DNA from: Candidatus Kuenenia stuttgartensis
GTDB lineage: Bacteria; Planctomycetota; Planctomycetia; Pirellulales; UBA1268
NCBI GenBank assembly: GCA_945883745.1
Contig: CAMCYH010000002.1
Location: forward strand, 1,508-65,507
DNA: 64,000 bases
Direction: 5' to 3'
Shown: one piece after another, positions 8,194-18,001 of the stretch
Position numbering within the stretch: the stretch's first letter is position 1
Layout: every line of letters starts with the position of its first letter
Notes under the pieces: model-generated
What the model saw: only the letters and a program-made list of their open reading frames with translations
What the model was told of the DNA's origin: nothing
Databases searched by the model: none
Program-made: the position numbers and the translations under genes

Positions 8194-10332
8194 ATGAAAG
8201 AACGAGTAGAGCGGCAGATCGGTGATCAAGTGTTGGCCATCGAGACGGGCTTTTTGGCGAAGCAGGCCGCCGGCAGCGTGCTGGTGTCGTACGGCGAAAC
8301 CACGGTGCTGGTCGCGGCTGCCACCGGCGCTCCTCGCGCCGGCATCGACTTCTTCCCCCTCACCTGCGATTACCGCGAGCGGTCGGCAGCGGCCGGGAAG
8401 TTCCCCGGTGGCTTCCTCAAGCGAGAGGGCCGGCCGACCATGAAGGAAACGCTCACCAGCCGCCTCATCGACCGCCCCATCCGCCCCCTCTTTCCCGAGG
8501 GTTTCTATGACGAAGTGCAGGTGCAGGCCTCGGTGCTGGCCAGCGACCGTCAGAACGATCCCGACGTCTTGGCGATGATTGGCGCCTCGGCGGCGCTGTG
8601 TGTCTCGCCGCTCCCGTTTCAGGGGCCGTTGGGGAGTGTGCGGCTGGCCCAGGTGGACGGCCGGTTCATCCCCTTTCCGACCCAGGATCAGCTCGAGGAG
8701 AGCGATCTCGACCTCGTCGTATCGGGCAGCCCGACCGCGGTACTTATGATCGAGGGCTTTGCCCGCGAGATGCCCGAGGACCGGATGCTGGAGGCTCTGG
8801 AAGAGGCTCACCGCTACATCCGCATCCTGTGCGAGATGCAGGACGAACTTGCCCGCAAGGCTGGCAAGCCGAAGAAGGAATACGTGCTGGCCGATTACTC
8901 AGCCCTCCGGGAGCGGCTCACTCGCGACTACCTCGGCGAGCTCAAGGCCGCCAAGGCGATCGCCATGAAGCAGGATCGCGGACAGGCCGTGAAGGCTCTG
9001 CGTGAGAAGGCCAAGGCCGCCGTCATGCCGAGCGAGCCGGCCTTCAACTTCCAGCCAGGTGCCGCGGGCGGCATCAGTGAGGCTGACTTTGCCCACGTCT
9101 GGCACGGTCTCGAAGAGCGGGCCGTCCGGGAGTTGATCCTCGAGGGCAAACGGCCCGATGGTCGTGACTACACGTCCCTCCGGCAGCTGCACTGCGAGGT
9201 CGATCTGCTGCCCCGCGTGCATGGATCGGCACTCTTCCAGCGTGGTGAGACACAGGCCCTGATCACGATCACGCTCGGCACCGGCAAGGATGAGCAGCGG
9301 GTCGATGGCCTGATCGACGAGTATTCGAAGAAGTTCATGCTCGACTACTACTTCCCATCGTTTTCGGTGGGCGAAGTGCGGCCGATTCGGGGGCCCGGCC
9401 GCCGAGAGATCGGCCACGGGGCGTTGGCCGAGCGGAGCGTGAAGCCTGTGCTGCCGGAGCCGGATCAGTTCCCCTACACGATCCGGGTCATCTCCGACAT
9501 CCTTGAGTCCAACGGATCGAGCTCGATGGCTTCGGTCTGCGGGGCGACCCTCGGCTTGATGGCTGCCGGCGTGCCGATCACCAACCCGGTGGCCGGCATT
9601 TCCGTGGGCCTCGTCAAGCATTCGGAGGACCAGTGGGTGCTGCTCACCGACATCATCGGTGATGAAGACCACTACGGCGACATGGACTTCAAGATCGCCG
9701 GCTCCCAAGCCGGGATCACCGGCATCCAGCTCGACCTCAAGATCAACGGTATCTCGCCGGCGATCATCGCGGCCACGCTCAAGCAGTCGCGGGAGGCCCG
9801 CATGGAGATCCTCAGGACCATGCTCTCGGCCATTCGTCGGCCACGGGCAGAGATCTCGCCGTGGGCGCCGCGGCTCCTCCGCACCCACATCAATCCCGAG
9901 AAGATCGGCCTCTTGATCGGCCCGGGTGGCAAGACGATCCGTGCCATTCAGGAATCGACCGGTGCCAGCATTGAGGTCGAGGACGACGGCACGGTGACAG
10001 TGGCCAGCCACGATTCCGAAGGGGCGATGGCGGCCATGGCACAGGTCGAGGCGCTCACCGCATCGATCCAGATCGGCCGCATCTACGAGGGGCGGGTGAC
10101 GAGCGTGAAGGACTTCGGTGCCTTCATCGAACTCGTGCCCGGCAAGGACGGCCTCTGCCACATCAGTGAACTGTCGGCGGAATACGTGGGCAACGTCGCC
10201 GATGTCTGCCGTGTCGGCGACGTGCTCCGTGTGAAGGTGATTGCGGTCGACGAACAGGATCGCGTGAAGCTCAGCCGCAAGGCAGTGCTGCTCGAGGAGG
10301 CGGCCGGTGCCGCTGAGCAGCCACGGGCCTGA
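8194..10332 (+). CDS. pnp: Polynucleotide phosphorylase
   Basis: Two RNase PH-like halves (GDEDHYGDMDFKIAG), a KH region, and a C-terminal S1 domain (GRIYEGRVTSVKDFGAFIEL). Start 8194 (MKERVERQIGD) fits PNPase N-termini. Alternative start at 8173. Confidence 0.95.
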   Translation: MKERVERQIGDQVLAIETGFLAKQAAGSVLVSYGETTVLVAAATGAPRAGIDFFPLTCDYRERSAAAGKFPGGFLKREGRPTMKETLTSRLIDRPIRPLFPEGFYDEVQVQASVLASDRQNDPDVLAMIGASAALCVSPLPFQGPLGSVRLAQVDGRFIPFPTQDQLEESDLDLVVSGSPTAVLMIEGFAREMPEDRMLEALEEAHRYIRILCEMQDELARKAGKPKKEYVLADYSALRERLTRDYLGELKAAKAIAMKQDRGQAVKALREKAKAAVMPSEPAFNFQPGAAGGISEADFAHVWHGLEERAVRELILEGKRPDGRDYTSLRQLHCEVDLLPRVHGSALFQRGETQALITITLGTGKDEQRVDGLIDEYSKKFMLDYYFPSFSVGEVRPIRGPGRREIGHGALAERSVKPVLPEPDQFPYTIRVISDILESNGSSSMASVCGATLGLMAAGVPITNPVAGISVGLVKHSEDQWVLLTDIIGDEDHYGDMDFKIAGSQAGITGIQLDLKINGISPAIIAATLKQSREARMEILRTMLSAIRRPRAEISPWAPRLLRTHINPEKIGLLIGPGGKTIRAIQESTGASIEVEDDGTVTVASHDSEGAMAAMAQVEALTASIQIGRIYEGRVTSVKDFGAFIELVPGKDGLCHISELSAEYVGNVADVCRVGDVLRVKVIAVDEQDRVKLSRKAVLLEEAAGAAEQPRA

Positions 10333-10373
10333 CGCCCACAGCCAGCCGGGCTTGTAACCGAGGGAGGTCGACC

Positions 10374-11183
10374 ATGTCGTCAGCAGACGAATCGTCGTCA
10401 GCCCGCGCGGAGACATACGCGGAGTTTGCGGCTCTCGTGGGCGCCCTTGCCCACGAGATCCGCAACCCGCTTTCCACGATCCGGCTCAACATGGAACTCT
10501 TGGCGGAGGACTTCGAGACCAGCGATCCCGAATCCACGACCAAGCAGCGGGATCGTCGTGCCAAGGCCAAGATCGACCTCGTGCGGCAGGAGTGTGATCG
10601 GCTCCAGAAACTCCTCGGTGACTTTCTCGATTTTGCCCGGCAGGAATCGCTGACGCTCGAGCCGGCGAATCTCAACGTCGAGTTGTCGCAGTTGCTCGAC
10701 TTTTTTGCGCCGCAGGCCCGTGAGGCCGAGGTCGAGGTCGTCCGCTATCTCGACCCCGAATTGCCCAACGTGCGGCTCGACCGCGAGACATTCCGGTCGG
10801 CTGTGCTCAACCTGCTCATCAATGCCGTGCAGGCCATGGACGCCGGGGGGCAGATGGTGGTGCGTACCCGGGCCTCAGGGCTGGGCGTGATCCTTGAACT
10901 GATCGACACCGGGCCGGGCATGGATCCGGAGACGTTGGCGAAGGTCTTCCGCGCCTTCTACACCACCAAGCAGGGAGGTTCTGGCCTCGGCCTGCCGACG
11001 GCCCGCAAGATCGTGGAGGCCCATGGCGGCACGATCGACGTCGAGAGCGCTCCGGGCCGTGGAACGAAGGTGACGATCTGGCTTCCCGCTCCGCCACGGT
11101 TGCCGACCGGCGGACGAGCCCTTCGGGGCGACCCGCAGCCGCTGCAACTGGACGCTGCGCCGCATGGCTTCGTACCATCGTGA
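10374..11183 (+). CDS. Soluble histidine kinase without recognisable input domain
   Basis: The H-box [11 protein letters not shown] starts about 25 aa from the N-terminus. HATPase N and G boxes present ([22 protein letters not shown]). No TM segment. SD GAGGGAGG upstream. Confidence 0.85.
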   Translation: MSSADESSSARAETYAEFAALVGALAHEIRNPLSTIRLNMELLAEDFETSDPESTTKQRDRRAKAKIDLVRQECDRLQKLLGDFLDFARQESLTLEPANLNVELSQLLDFFAPQAREAEVEVVRYLDPELPNVRLDRETFRSAVLNLLINAVQAMDAGGQMVVRTRASGLGVILELIDTGPGMDPETLAKVFRAFYTTKQGGSGLGLPTARKIVEAHGGTIDVESAPGRGTKVTIWLPAPPRLPTGGRALRGDPQPLQLDAAPHGFVPS

Positions 11184-11229
11184 TCGCCGCGACCCCTTCA
11201 AGCCATCACCTTTTTTTCGCTCCGTCGCC

Positions 11230-12660
11230 ATGCCCACCCCCCGTGAATCAGTCGCCCATTCGATCGAGCCTGGATCACAGGAACTCGTCGCCGTGCTCGT
11301 GGTCGACAATGACATTGTGCATGCTCGCACGATGGGCGAGTGCCTAAGCCGACTGGGCTACCGGGTCACCGTGGTGGGGAGCGGCACCGAGGGGGCCAAA
11401 AAGATCACCGCCGAAACGTTTGACGTCGTCGTCACCGATCTGATGATGAACGACATCGGGGGGCTCGACATCCTCATGCGGGCCAAGGCGGCCTGCCCCG
11501 AGACCGAGGTGATCGTGGTCACCGGTCACGGCACCGTCCCCTCGGCCGTGTCAGCGATGCAGCAGGGAGCCTTTACCTACCTTCAGAAGCCACTCGACAT
11601 GGGGCACCTGCGGACCGCCGTGGAGAAGGCCTCGGAAGGAGTGCGACTGAAGCGGCAGAACATCGAGCTCAACCGCCGGCTCGACGAAAAGTTTGGCTTC
11701 GAGGGGGTGGTTGGGTCGAGTCCGCAGATGCTGGCCCTCATCGAGCGACTCAAGAGGATCGCACCGACCGACGCGACCGTGCTGATCCAGGGAGAGACAG
11801 GCACCGGGAAGGAATTGGTGGCCCAGGCGATCCACCAGAACAGTCCGCGGAAGACGAAGCCGTTCGTGGCTCTCAACTGCGCCGCGCTCAGTGAAAACAT
11901 CCTTGAGAGCGAACTGTTCGGCCATGTAAGGGGAGCCTTTACCGACGCCTCGAGCGACCGCGTCGGAAAGTTCGAGTACGCCAACGGCGGTACGCTGTTT
12001 CTCGACGAGGTTGGGGACATGCCGATGCCGACCCAGATCAAACTCCTCCGGGTTCTGGAGTCGGGGGATATCACTCGTGTCGGCTCCAACACACCTGTGA
12101 AAGTCAATGTTCGTATCCTCTCAGCCACCAATCGCAACCTCGAGGAGGCGATCGCCTCGGGCCAGTTCCGCAGCGATCTCTATCACCGGCTTAAGGTGGT
12201 CACGATCGCCATCCCCACGCTGCAGGAGAGAGCCGCCGACATCCCGCTCCTGATCGAGCACTTCGTCAGACAGTTTGCCTCCCGGCACGGCAAGACGATC
12301 AGGGGCATGTCGGCGGCGGCCCGGGCGAAACTGGCCGCCTATGCCTGGCCGGGCAATGTCCGTCAGTTACGAAATGTGATCGAAAGCATGGTGGTCGTCG
12401 ACTGTGACGGTACGCTCGACGTCGACGACCTGCCGCTGGAATTGGAGCCGGATGTTGCCGTCCCGTTGGTCGAAGCGGCCCATGTCGATGCACCAGGCGG
12501 CATCACCGCGCTCGTGGGCCGCCCGCTCGAGGAGATCGAGCGGGTCTTCATCAGCGAAACGCTCAAGCTCACTGGTGGCAACCGGGAGCAGGCCGCTGAA
12601 ATGCTCGGCATCGGCGAGCGGACCCTGTATCGCAAGATCAAGGAATATCAGATCACCTGA
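11230..12660 (+). CDS. Sigma-54-dependent response regulator (NtrC/AtoC family enhancer-binding protein)
   Basis: Receiver domain (VLVVDND...VVTDLMM), AAA+ sigma-54 interaction domain ([21 protein letters not shown]) and C-terminal Fis-type HTH ([19 protein letters not shown]). Confidence 0.9.
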   Translation: MPTPRESVAHSIEPGSQELVAVLVVDNDIVHARTMGECLSRLGYRVTVVGSGTEGAKKITAETFDVVVTDLMMNDIGGLDILMRAKAACPETEVIVVTGHGTVPSAVSAMQQGAFTYLQKPLDMGHLRTAVEKASEGVRLKRQNIELNRRLDEKFGFEGVVGSSPQMLALIERLKRIAPTDATVLIQGETGTGKELVAQAIHQNSPRKTKPFVALNCAALSENILESELFGHVRGAFTDASSDRVGKFEYANGGTLFLDEVGDMPMPTQIKLLRVLESGDITRVGSNTPVKVNVRILSATNRNLEEAIASGQFRSDLYHRLKVVTIAIPTLQERAADIPLLIEHFVRQFASRHGKTIRGMSAAARAKLAAYAWPGNVRQLRNVIESMVVVDCDGTLDVDDLPLELEPDVAVPLVEAAHVDAPGGITALVGRPLEEIERVFISETLKLTGGNREQAAEMLGIGERTLYRKIKEYQIT

Positions 12661-12690
12661 CCGCGGATGGTTTCTCGGCGGGGCGTCACC

Positions 12691-14472
12691 ATGGGACGGA
12701 TTCACACGCTACCGATGTCGGTCGTCAACAGGATCGCCGCCGGCGAGGTGGTCGAACGACCGGCGAGCATCGTGAAGGAATTGCTCGAGAATGCCCTCGA
12801 TGCGGGGCCGACACGAATCGACGTGACGCTCGAGCAAGGCGGCGTGGCGCTGGTGCGGGTGGTCGATGATGGCTGCGGCATGGAGGCGGACGATCTGCCG
12901 CTGGCGGTGGCCCCGCATGCCACGAGCAAGCTGCGGGTCGCCGAGGATCTCGAAAGGATCGGCACGCTTGGTTTTCGTGGTGAGGCGCTGGCCAGTATCG
13001 GCGAGGTGTCGCGTCTGGTGATCCGGTCGCGGCCCGCCGGAGGTGCTGGCGCGACGCTCGAGGTGGATGGTGGCCGGATGGGGGAGGTGGTGCCCGAGGG
13101 CTGCGCTGTCGGTACGACCGTCGAAGTGCGGCAGGTGTTCGGCAACGTGCCTGCCCGGAGGGCGTTTCTTCGCGCCCCGCAAACGGAATGGTCGCACGCC
13201 ACCGAGGCGTTTGTCCGTACGGCCCTCGCCCATCCCGGAGTGGCGTTCACGCTCACTCACAACGGCCGGCTCGTGCACGACCTGCCGGCGGTAACGGTGT
13301 GGCGTGAGCGGATCGGGGGGCTCTTTGGTACGAAGATGGCCGAGCGGCTCATCGAGGTAGAGGCCAGCGATGGAGAGATACGGCTCGCCGGGCTGGTCGG
13401 TCGCCCTGCGGATGATCAGGCCAGTGGCCGCCTTCAGCATCTCTTCGTGGCGGGCCGGCCGTTTCGCGATCGTTCGATCCTCCACGCCGCGCAAGAGGCC
13501 TATCGGGGTCTGCTCCTCACCGGCCGGCAGCCGATCGTATTTCTGCAGTTCGAATTGCCTCCGGATGCGGTCGACGTCAACGTCCACCCCGCCAAGATGG
13601 AGGTGCGGTTTCGGGATCCGCAGCGGCTCTACCGACTGGTGCTCTCATCGTTGCGGTCGAAATTTCTCGAAAGCGACATGGGCACATCGCTGCGGCCACC
13701 GACTCCCTGGGATGCCCCGCGTGCCGAGCCGGCGCCCTCCCCTCCGCTGTTCGTGAACGATGCCTTTCCGCTCCCGGCGGCGGCGGTTCCGGCACACCGA
13801 CCGGCCATGGCGGCACGGACGACCACCGGCCCAGTGCCCGGCATCGCATCGCCAGCCGAGAAGACGTCGCTGCCCATGGCGGCCGAGACGCGCCTTCGTG
13901 ATGAGGAGCGAGCCGTGCAAATGCTCAACCGGTACCTGGTGGTGGAGCAGGCCGATGGCATCGAGGTGATCGACCAGCATGCGTTGCATGAGCGCGTGCT
14001 CTTTGAGCAGCTCAAGGCATCGGTCAACGAGGGGCGGCTGGAGGTGCAGCCCCTGCTCATTCCGGAACAGGTCGATCTCGCCCCGGCGGAACTGGAACTG
14101 GTGACCGAATACGCCGCGGCCCTGCAGAAGGCCGGCATGCGGGTCGAGCCGTTTGGTGGCTCGACGGTGATCGTATCGTCGAAGCCGGTGCTGGTTGGCA
14201 AGGCGTCGGCTGCGGGAATCGTCCGTGAAGTCGTCGATCGGCTGGTGGCGGCCGCCCCTGCTGCAGAGCCGGCGATGCTGGTTGAGGAGGTGCTCCACGG
14301 TCTGGCCTGTCGGGCTGCCATCAAGGCCGGTGACCCGTTGTCGCAGCAGGAGGTCGAAGCCCTTCTTCGCGACCGGCGGAGTGTGCAGGATTCACATCAT
14401 TGCCCCCACGGTCGGCCCACGTCCCTGGTCTTGTCGCGACAGGAACTCGACCGCCAATTTCGTCGGATCTAA
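12691..14472 (+). CDS. mutL: DNA mismatch repair protein MutL
   Basis: The N-terminus NRIAAGEVVERPASIVKELLENALDAG is the GHKL MutL signature. The C-terminal dimerisation region contains a QHALHERVLFE motif. Confidence 0.93.
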   Translation: MGRIHTLPMSVVNRIAAGEVVERPASIVKELLENALDAGPTRIDVTLEQGGVALVRVVDDGCGMEADDLPLAVAPHATSKLRVAEDLERIGTLGFRGEALASIGEVSRLVIRSRPAGGAGATLEVDGGRMGEVVPEGCAVGTTVEVRQVFGNVPARRAFLRAPQTEWSHATEAFVRTALAHPGVAFTLTHNGRLVHDLPAVTVWRERIGGLFGTKMAERLIEVEASDGEIRLAGLVGRPADDQASGRLQHLFVAGRPFRDRSILHAAQEAYRGLLLTGRQPIVFLQFELPPDAVDVNVHPAKMEVRFRDPQRLYRLVLSSLRSKFLESDMGTSLRPPTPWDAPRAEPAPSPPLFVNDAFPLPAAAVPAHRPAMAARTTTGPVPGIASPAEKTSLPMAAETRLRDEERAVQMLNRYLVVEQADGIEVIDQHALHERVLFEQLKASVNEGRLEVQPLLIPEQVDLAPAELELVTEYAAALQKAGMRVEPFGGSTVIVSSKPVLVGKASAAGIVREVVDRLVAAAPAAEPAMLVEEVLHGLACRAAIKAGDPLSQQEVEALLRDRRSVQDSHHCPHGRPTSLVLSRQELDRQFRRI

Positions 14473-14515
14473 ATCCGCTACACATTCCGAAAGAGAAAGC
14501 GAGCCACAGCCTCCC

Positions 14516-16024
14516 ATGATCTGCGTTGGAATCGGTCGCGGTCGACATCGGCACGTCATTGCCGAGCACAAGTTTCTTGCCGAGCAGGGGGTCGGCTTGG
14601 TGGAGCTGCGGCTCGATTACATCCAGGGCCCCGTGCAGGTGAAGCGGCTGCTGAAGGACCGGCCCTGCCCGGTGATCGTCACCTGCCGGCGGGCCGCCGA
14701 CGGGGGCCGCTGGGAGCAGTCGGAGGAGGTGCGGCTGCTCTTGCTCCGCACGGCCATCGTCGAGGGGGCCGACTACGTCGATCTCGAGGACGACATTGCG
14801 ACGCAGGTGCCCCGCTACGGATCGACGAAGCGGATCATCAGCCACCACGATTTTCACAAGACGCCGACCGATCTGATCGGGATGCACGCCCGGTTCGCGT
14901 CGCTCGACGCCGACATCGTGAAGATAGCCACCATGGCCAACCAGCCGGGCGACACGCTGCGGATGCTCGAGATGATGCGGGGGGCCACGATCCCCACGAT
15001 CGGCCTGTGCATGGGCGACATCGGAACGCCATCGCGGGTGTTGGCCGGTCGCTTCGGGGCCCCCTTCACCTATGCCACGTTCAATGACGAACGGGTGCTC
15101 GCGCCCGGCCAGATCGGCTGGCGACAGATGCGGGATGTGTACCGCTATGACTCCATCACGGCGACCACGAAGATCTACGGCGTGGTGGCCGACCCAGTCG
15201 GGCACAGTCTCAGCCCGCTTGTTCACAACGCGGCCCTGTCTGCCGCGGGGGTAGACGCGGTCTATCTGCCGTTTCGGGTACCCGAAGAGGAGATTGATGC
15301 GTTTCTCGAGTCGGCCGGAAGGTGGCCGCTTGCCGGTCTCAGTGTCACGATCCCTCACAAGCAGCATGTGCTTGCCAAGGCGTCCCAGCAGGACGATCTC
15401 GTCCGTTCGATCGGTGCCGCCAACACCCTTGCCTTCCGCCCTGACGGTATCGCAGCCTTCAACACGGACGCGACCGCTGCCGTGGAGAGCCTGCGATCGG
15501 CGATCGTTGACGATGAGGAAACGGGAGAACCGGTGGCCAAGTCAGGGTTTGGCATTCGCACGGCACTGGTGCTCGGGGCGGGCGGGGCCGCGCGGGCGGT
15601 TGCCTTCGGGCTGCGGGAGCGGGGCATCGAGGTGACGGTGACCGCCCGCACGCTCGAGCGGGCCCAGCAGATCGCCAAGGAGGTCGGTTGCAAGGTCGTC
15701 GAATGGGATGTCCGTCACCGCATCCCCCACGACTGCATCGTGAATGCCACGCCTGTCGGCATGCATCCTCACGTCAATGAGAGCCCGTTTCCGAAGTCAC
15801 ATCTGCAGTCGTACATGATCGTATTTGACACGGTCTACAATCCGGAAAACACGCTGCTGATCAAGGAGGCCCGCTCGGTAGGGTGTCGGACCGTGACGGG
15901 AGTTGACATGTTCGTCAGGCAGGCAGCCCATCAATTCAGGATCTGGAACGGCAGTGATGCCCCGGAGAGCGTGATGCGGGATGCCCTCAAACGAGCCACC
16001 GCGTCGGCCAAAATTCCCGACTGA
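14516..16024 (+). CDS. aroDE: Bifunctional type I 3-dehydroquinate dehydratase / shikimate 5-dehydrogenase
   Basis: The N-terminal half has type I DHQase features (ELRLDY, IVKIATMA Schiff-base Lys context). The C-terminal half is AroE-like (GHSLSPLVHN, SVTIPHK, NTDATAA, GAGGAARAV). Confidence 0.9.
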   Translation: MICVGIGRGRHRHVIAEHKFLAEQGVGLVELRLDYIQGPVQVKRLLKDRPCPVIVTCRRAADGGRWEQSEEVRLLLLRTAIVEGADYVDLEDDIATQVPRYGSTKRIISHHDFHKTPTDLIGMHARFASLDADIVKIATMANQPGDTLRMLEMMRGATIPTIGLCMGDIGTPSRVLAGRFGAPFTYATFNDERVLAPGQIGWRQMRDVYRYDSITATTKIYGVVADPVGHSLSPLVHNAALSAAGVDAVYLPFRVPEEEIDAFLESAGRWPLAGLSVTIPHKQHVLAKASQQDDLVRSIGAANTLAFRPDGIAAFNTDATAAVESLRSAIVDDEETGEPVAKSGFGIRTALVLGAGGAARAVAFGLRERGIEVTVTARTLERAQQIAKEVGCKVVEWDVRHRIPHDCIVNATPVGMHPHVNESPFPKSHLQSYMIVFDTVYNPENTLLIKEARSVGCRTVTGVDMFVRQAAHQFRIWNGSDAPESVMRDALKRATASAKIPD

Positions 16025-16043
16025 TAGCCCGACGGAAGGAACC

Positions 16044-16577
16044 ATGCCCCTCATCACTCTCATCGGCTATCGAGGATGTGGCAAGTCGACTGTGGCGGCA
16101 TTACTTGCCGAACGGCTGGGATGCGGCTGGGAGGACGCCGACGTTGTGCTGGAGGCAGCGGTCGGCTGTTCGATCGCCGAGTTCATCGGCATGCGGGGAG
16201 AAGCGGCCTTCCGGGACACGGAGGCCGCGGTCTTGGCGTCGACCTTGGTGGCATTTGACGGCGTCGTGGCCACCGGCGGGGGCGTCGTGCTGCGGCCTGA
16301 AAACCGCCGCGTGCTGCGAGAGGCATTCCGGCCGGTGGTGTGGCTGTCGGCCCCGGCGGCCGTCGTGCGGCAACGCCTCGCGGCTGACCCGACGACAGCC
16401 GCCCGGCGGCCAGGGTTGTCGGGGGGCGATCCGCTTGACGAGGTGGCTGCCGCGGTCGTTGAGCGAGAGCCTCTTTACCGCGAGTGTGCCGACCACATTG
16501 TCGATACCGCCACGGCCGCTCCTGTGACTGTGGCCGCAGGGGTTGTCGCCTGGCTTCGAGAGGTATGGCGGCCATGA
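16044..16577 (+). CDS. aroK: Shikimate kinase
   Basis: P-loop GYRGCGKST, then FRDTE and GGGVV motifs. SD GGAAGGA upstream of the ATG at 16044. Confidence 0.9.
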   Translation: MPLITLIGYRGCGKSTVAALLAERLGCGWEDADVVLEAAVGCSIAEFIGMRGEAAFRDTEAAVLASTLVAFDGVVATGGGVVLRPENRRVLREAFRPVVWLSAPAAVVRQRLAADPTTAARRPGLSGGDPLDEVAAAVVEREPLYRECADHIVDTATAAPVTVAAGVVAWLREVWRP

Positions 16578-17710
16578 ACGATCCGTTTTCGTCCCTGACG
16601 GGGTGGGTTGGCGGAATCGTTGCCGTCGTACTCGGAACCCTGCTTGGAAGGCTGCTGACGACCACGGTAACCCGCTGGCTGGGTGAAAAGTCACGGCTTG
16701 AGCGGGTCGTCGAACTTGTGGCGGTGGCGGCGGCCGTGGGGCTGTGGTGGTGGGAAGTGCCAGCCGGTCGTCTCACGCCACTCGCGGCGGACGGCAGCCT
16801 GTTCGAGGTCCAGCCGACCATCCTGCTTGCCCGCTGGGCTGGCCACCTCGTGTTCTTCACGCTGTTGGCCGCTGCCACGTGGATCGACATGCGATATCGA
16901 GTCATTCCCGACTGGATTACCGTGACCGGAGTCATGCTCGGGTTGGTGGTGGCCTGCCTGTTGCCCGAGCCGTTTTTGCCGGTGGGCTGGGAAGTTGAAC
17001 GTTCGTTTGCTCCGCCGGCAATCCTGCCGGATGTGCTCGCCGCCTTCGGTGGACTCCGGTCAGTACCGGGCCCAGTCTGGCTGGGCGGGATGCCGCACCT
17101 TGGCGGCCTCGCGGTGGCTGGGCTCATTTTCTTGACCTGGTGGTTCTTCTGCACGGCCCCCTTCATCGAGGCCGAGAGCAGCGGGCGGTCGTCGCCGCTG
17201 CCAAGCGCTGCGCTCGAGCCGAGAAACATGGTTTTCGTCGCCGGTCTCGGCGGGATCGTCGTTGTGTGGTTCATGGGGGGGCATCGTTTCGACGCCCTGC
17301 AAGCGGGGCTCATCGGTCTCGCCGTGGCTGCCGGTCTGGTGTGGGGCGTTCGCGAAGGGGCCAGCCACGCCATGGGCCGCGAGGCCATGGGCTTCGGCGA
17401 CGTCACCCTGATGGCGATGATCGGCGTCTGGCTCGGCTGGCAACCGGCGATTCTTGTTTTCTTTCTGGCGACGTTTCTTGGGTTGGCGCATGGTGTGTTG
17501 GGGCTGCTCCTTCACCGTGACAACGAACTTCCCTATGGCCCGAGTCTCTGCCTGGCGACCGTGCTGGTCGTGGTGGGCTGGCGGCCGCTTTGGGCGGCGG
17601 TGGGTGGGTACTTTGCCGATCCGGTGCTGCTGGCGATCATGCTCGTCGCGGTGGTGGTGCTCACGGCTGCCGCCTTGTGGGTGTGGCAGTGGGTTCGCGG
17701 CGCCCGCTGA
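16574..17710 (+). CDS. Prepilin (type IV leader) peptidase, A24 family
   Basis: Polytopic membrane protein with the two A24 aspartate motifs (IDMRYRVIPD and GFGDVTLMAMIG). Its ATG overlaps the aroK TGA (ATGA). Confidence 0.8.
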   Translation: MNDPFSSLTGWVGGIVAVVLGTLLGRLLTTTVTRWLGEKSRLERVVELVAVAAAVGLWWWEVPAGRLTPLAADGSLFEVQPTILLARWAGHLVFFTLLAAATWIDMRYRVIPDWITVTGVMLGLVVACLLPEPFLPVGWEVERSFAPPAILPDVLAAFGGLRSVPGPVWLGGMPHLGGLAVAGLIFLTWWFFCTAPFIEAESSGRSSPLPSAALEPRNMVFVAGLGGIVVVWFMGGHRFDALQAGLIGLAVAAGLVWGVREGASHAMGREAMGFGDVTLMAMIGVWLGWQPAILVFFLATFLGLAHGVLGLLLHRDNELPYGPSLCLATVLVVVGWRPLWAAVGGYFADPVLLAIMLVAVVVLTAAALWVWQWVRGAR

Positions 17711-18001
17711 TTCTGCCCGCTGTGGTGACGCGCCGCCGGGGCGGGTAAAGCCTCGGCTTCGGGGCGAGGATACGCCAACTTGCCTCGACGTCACCCGCCC
17801 CGGCTGCATGGTTGGGTTTCGCCAGACTCGAATGCAATCCACTTGGTGCATGTGGAGGCTTGGGGCAGTGTGGGGGTTTGGGGGCCGGTGGCGTCGGCTT
17901 GTTTGCGGTGGGGGTGTTTTCTACGATCCCGCCGCGCTGGTGCAGCGACTGGGCTGATGATCGGCTGCTTCCAAGGGCGTGTGTGGAGGATGTGCGGGAG
18001 C

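Noticed and set aside
8899-10416. 505-aa minus-strand ORF opposite pnp. Similar cases are 33264-34622 (opposite the ATP-grasp gene), 35746-36681, 44125-45276, 45454-46734, 55901-57787 and 58844-59752.
   Set aside because: All overlap plus-strand genes that have strong family motifs. None has a recognisable domain, and their composition (R, G, P, H excess) is that of antisense frames.
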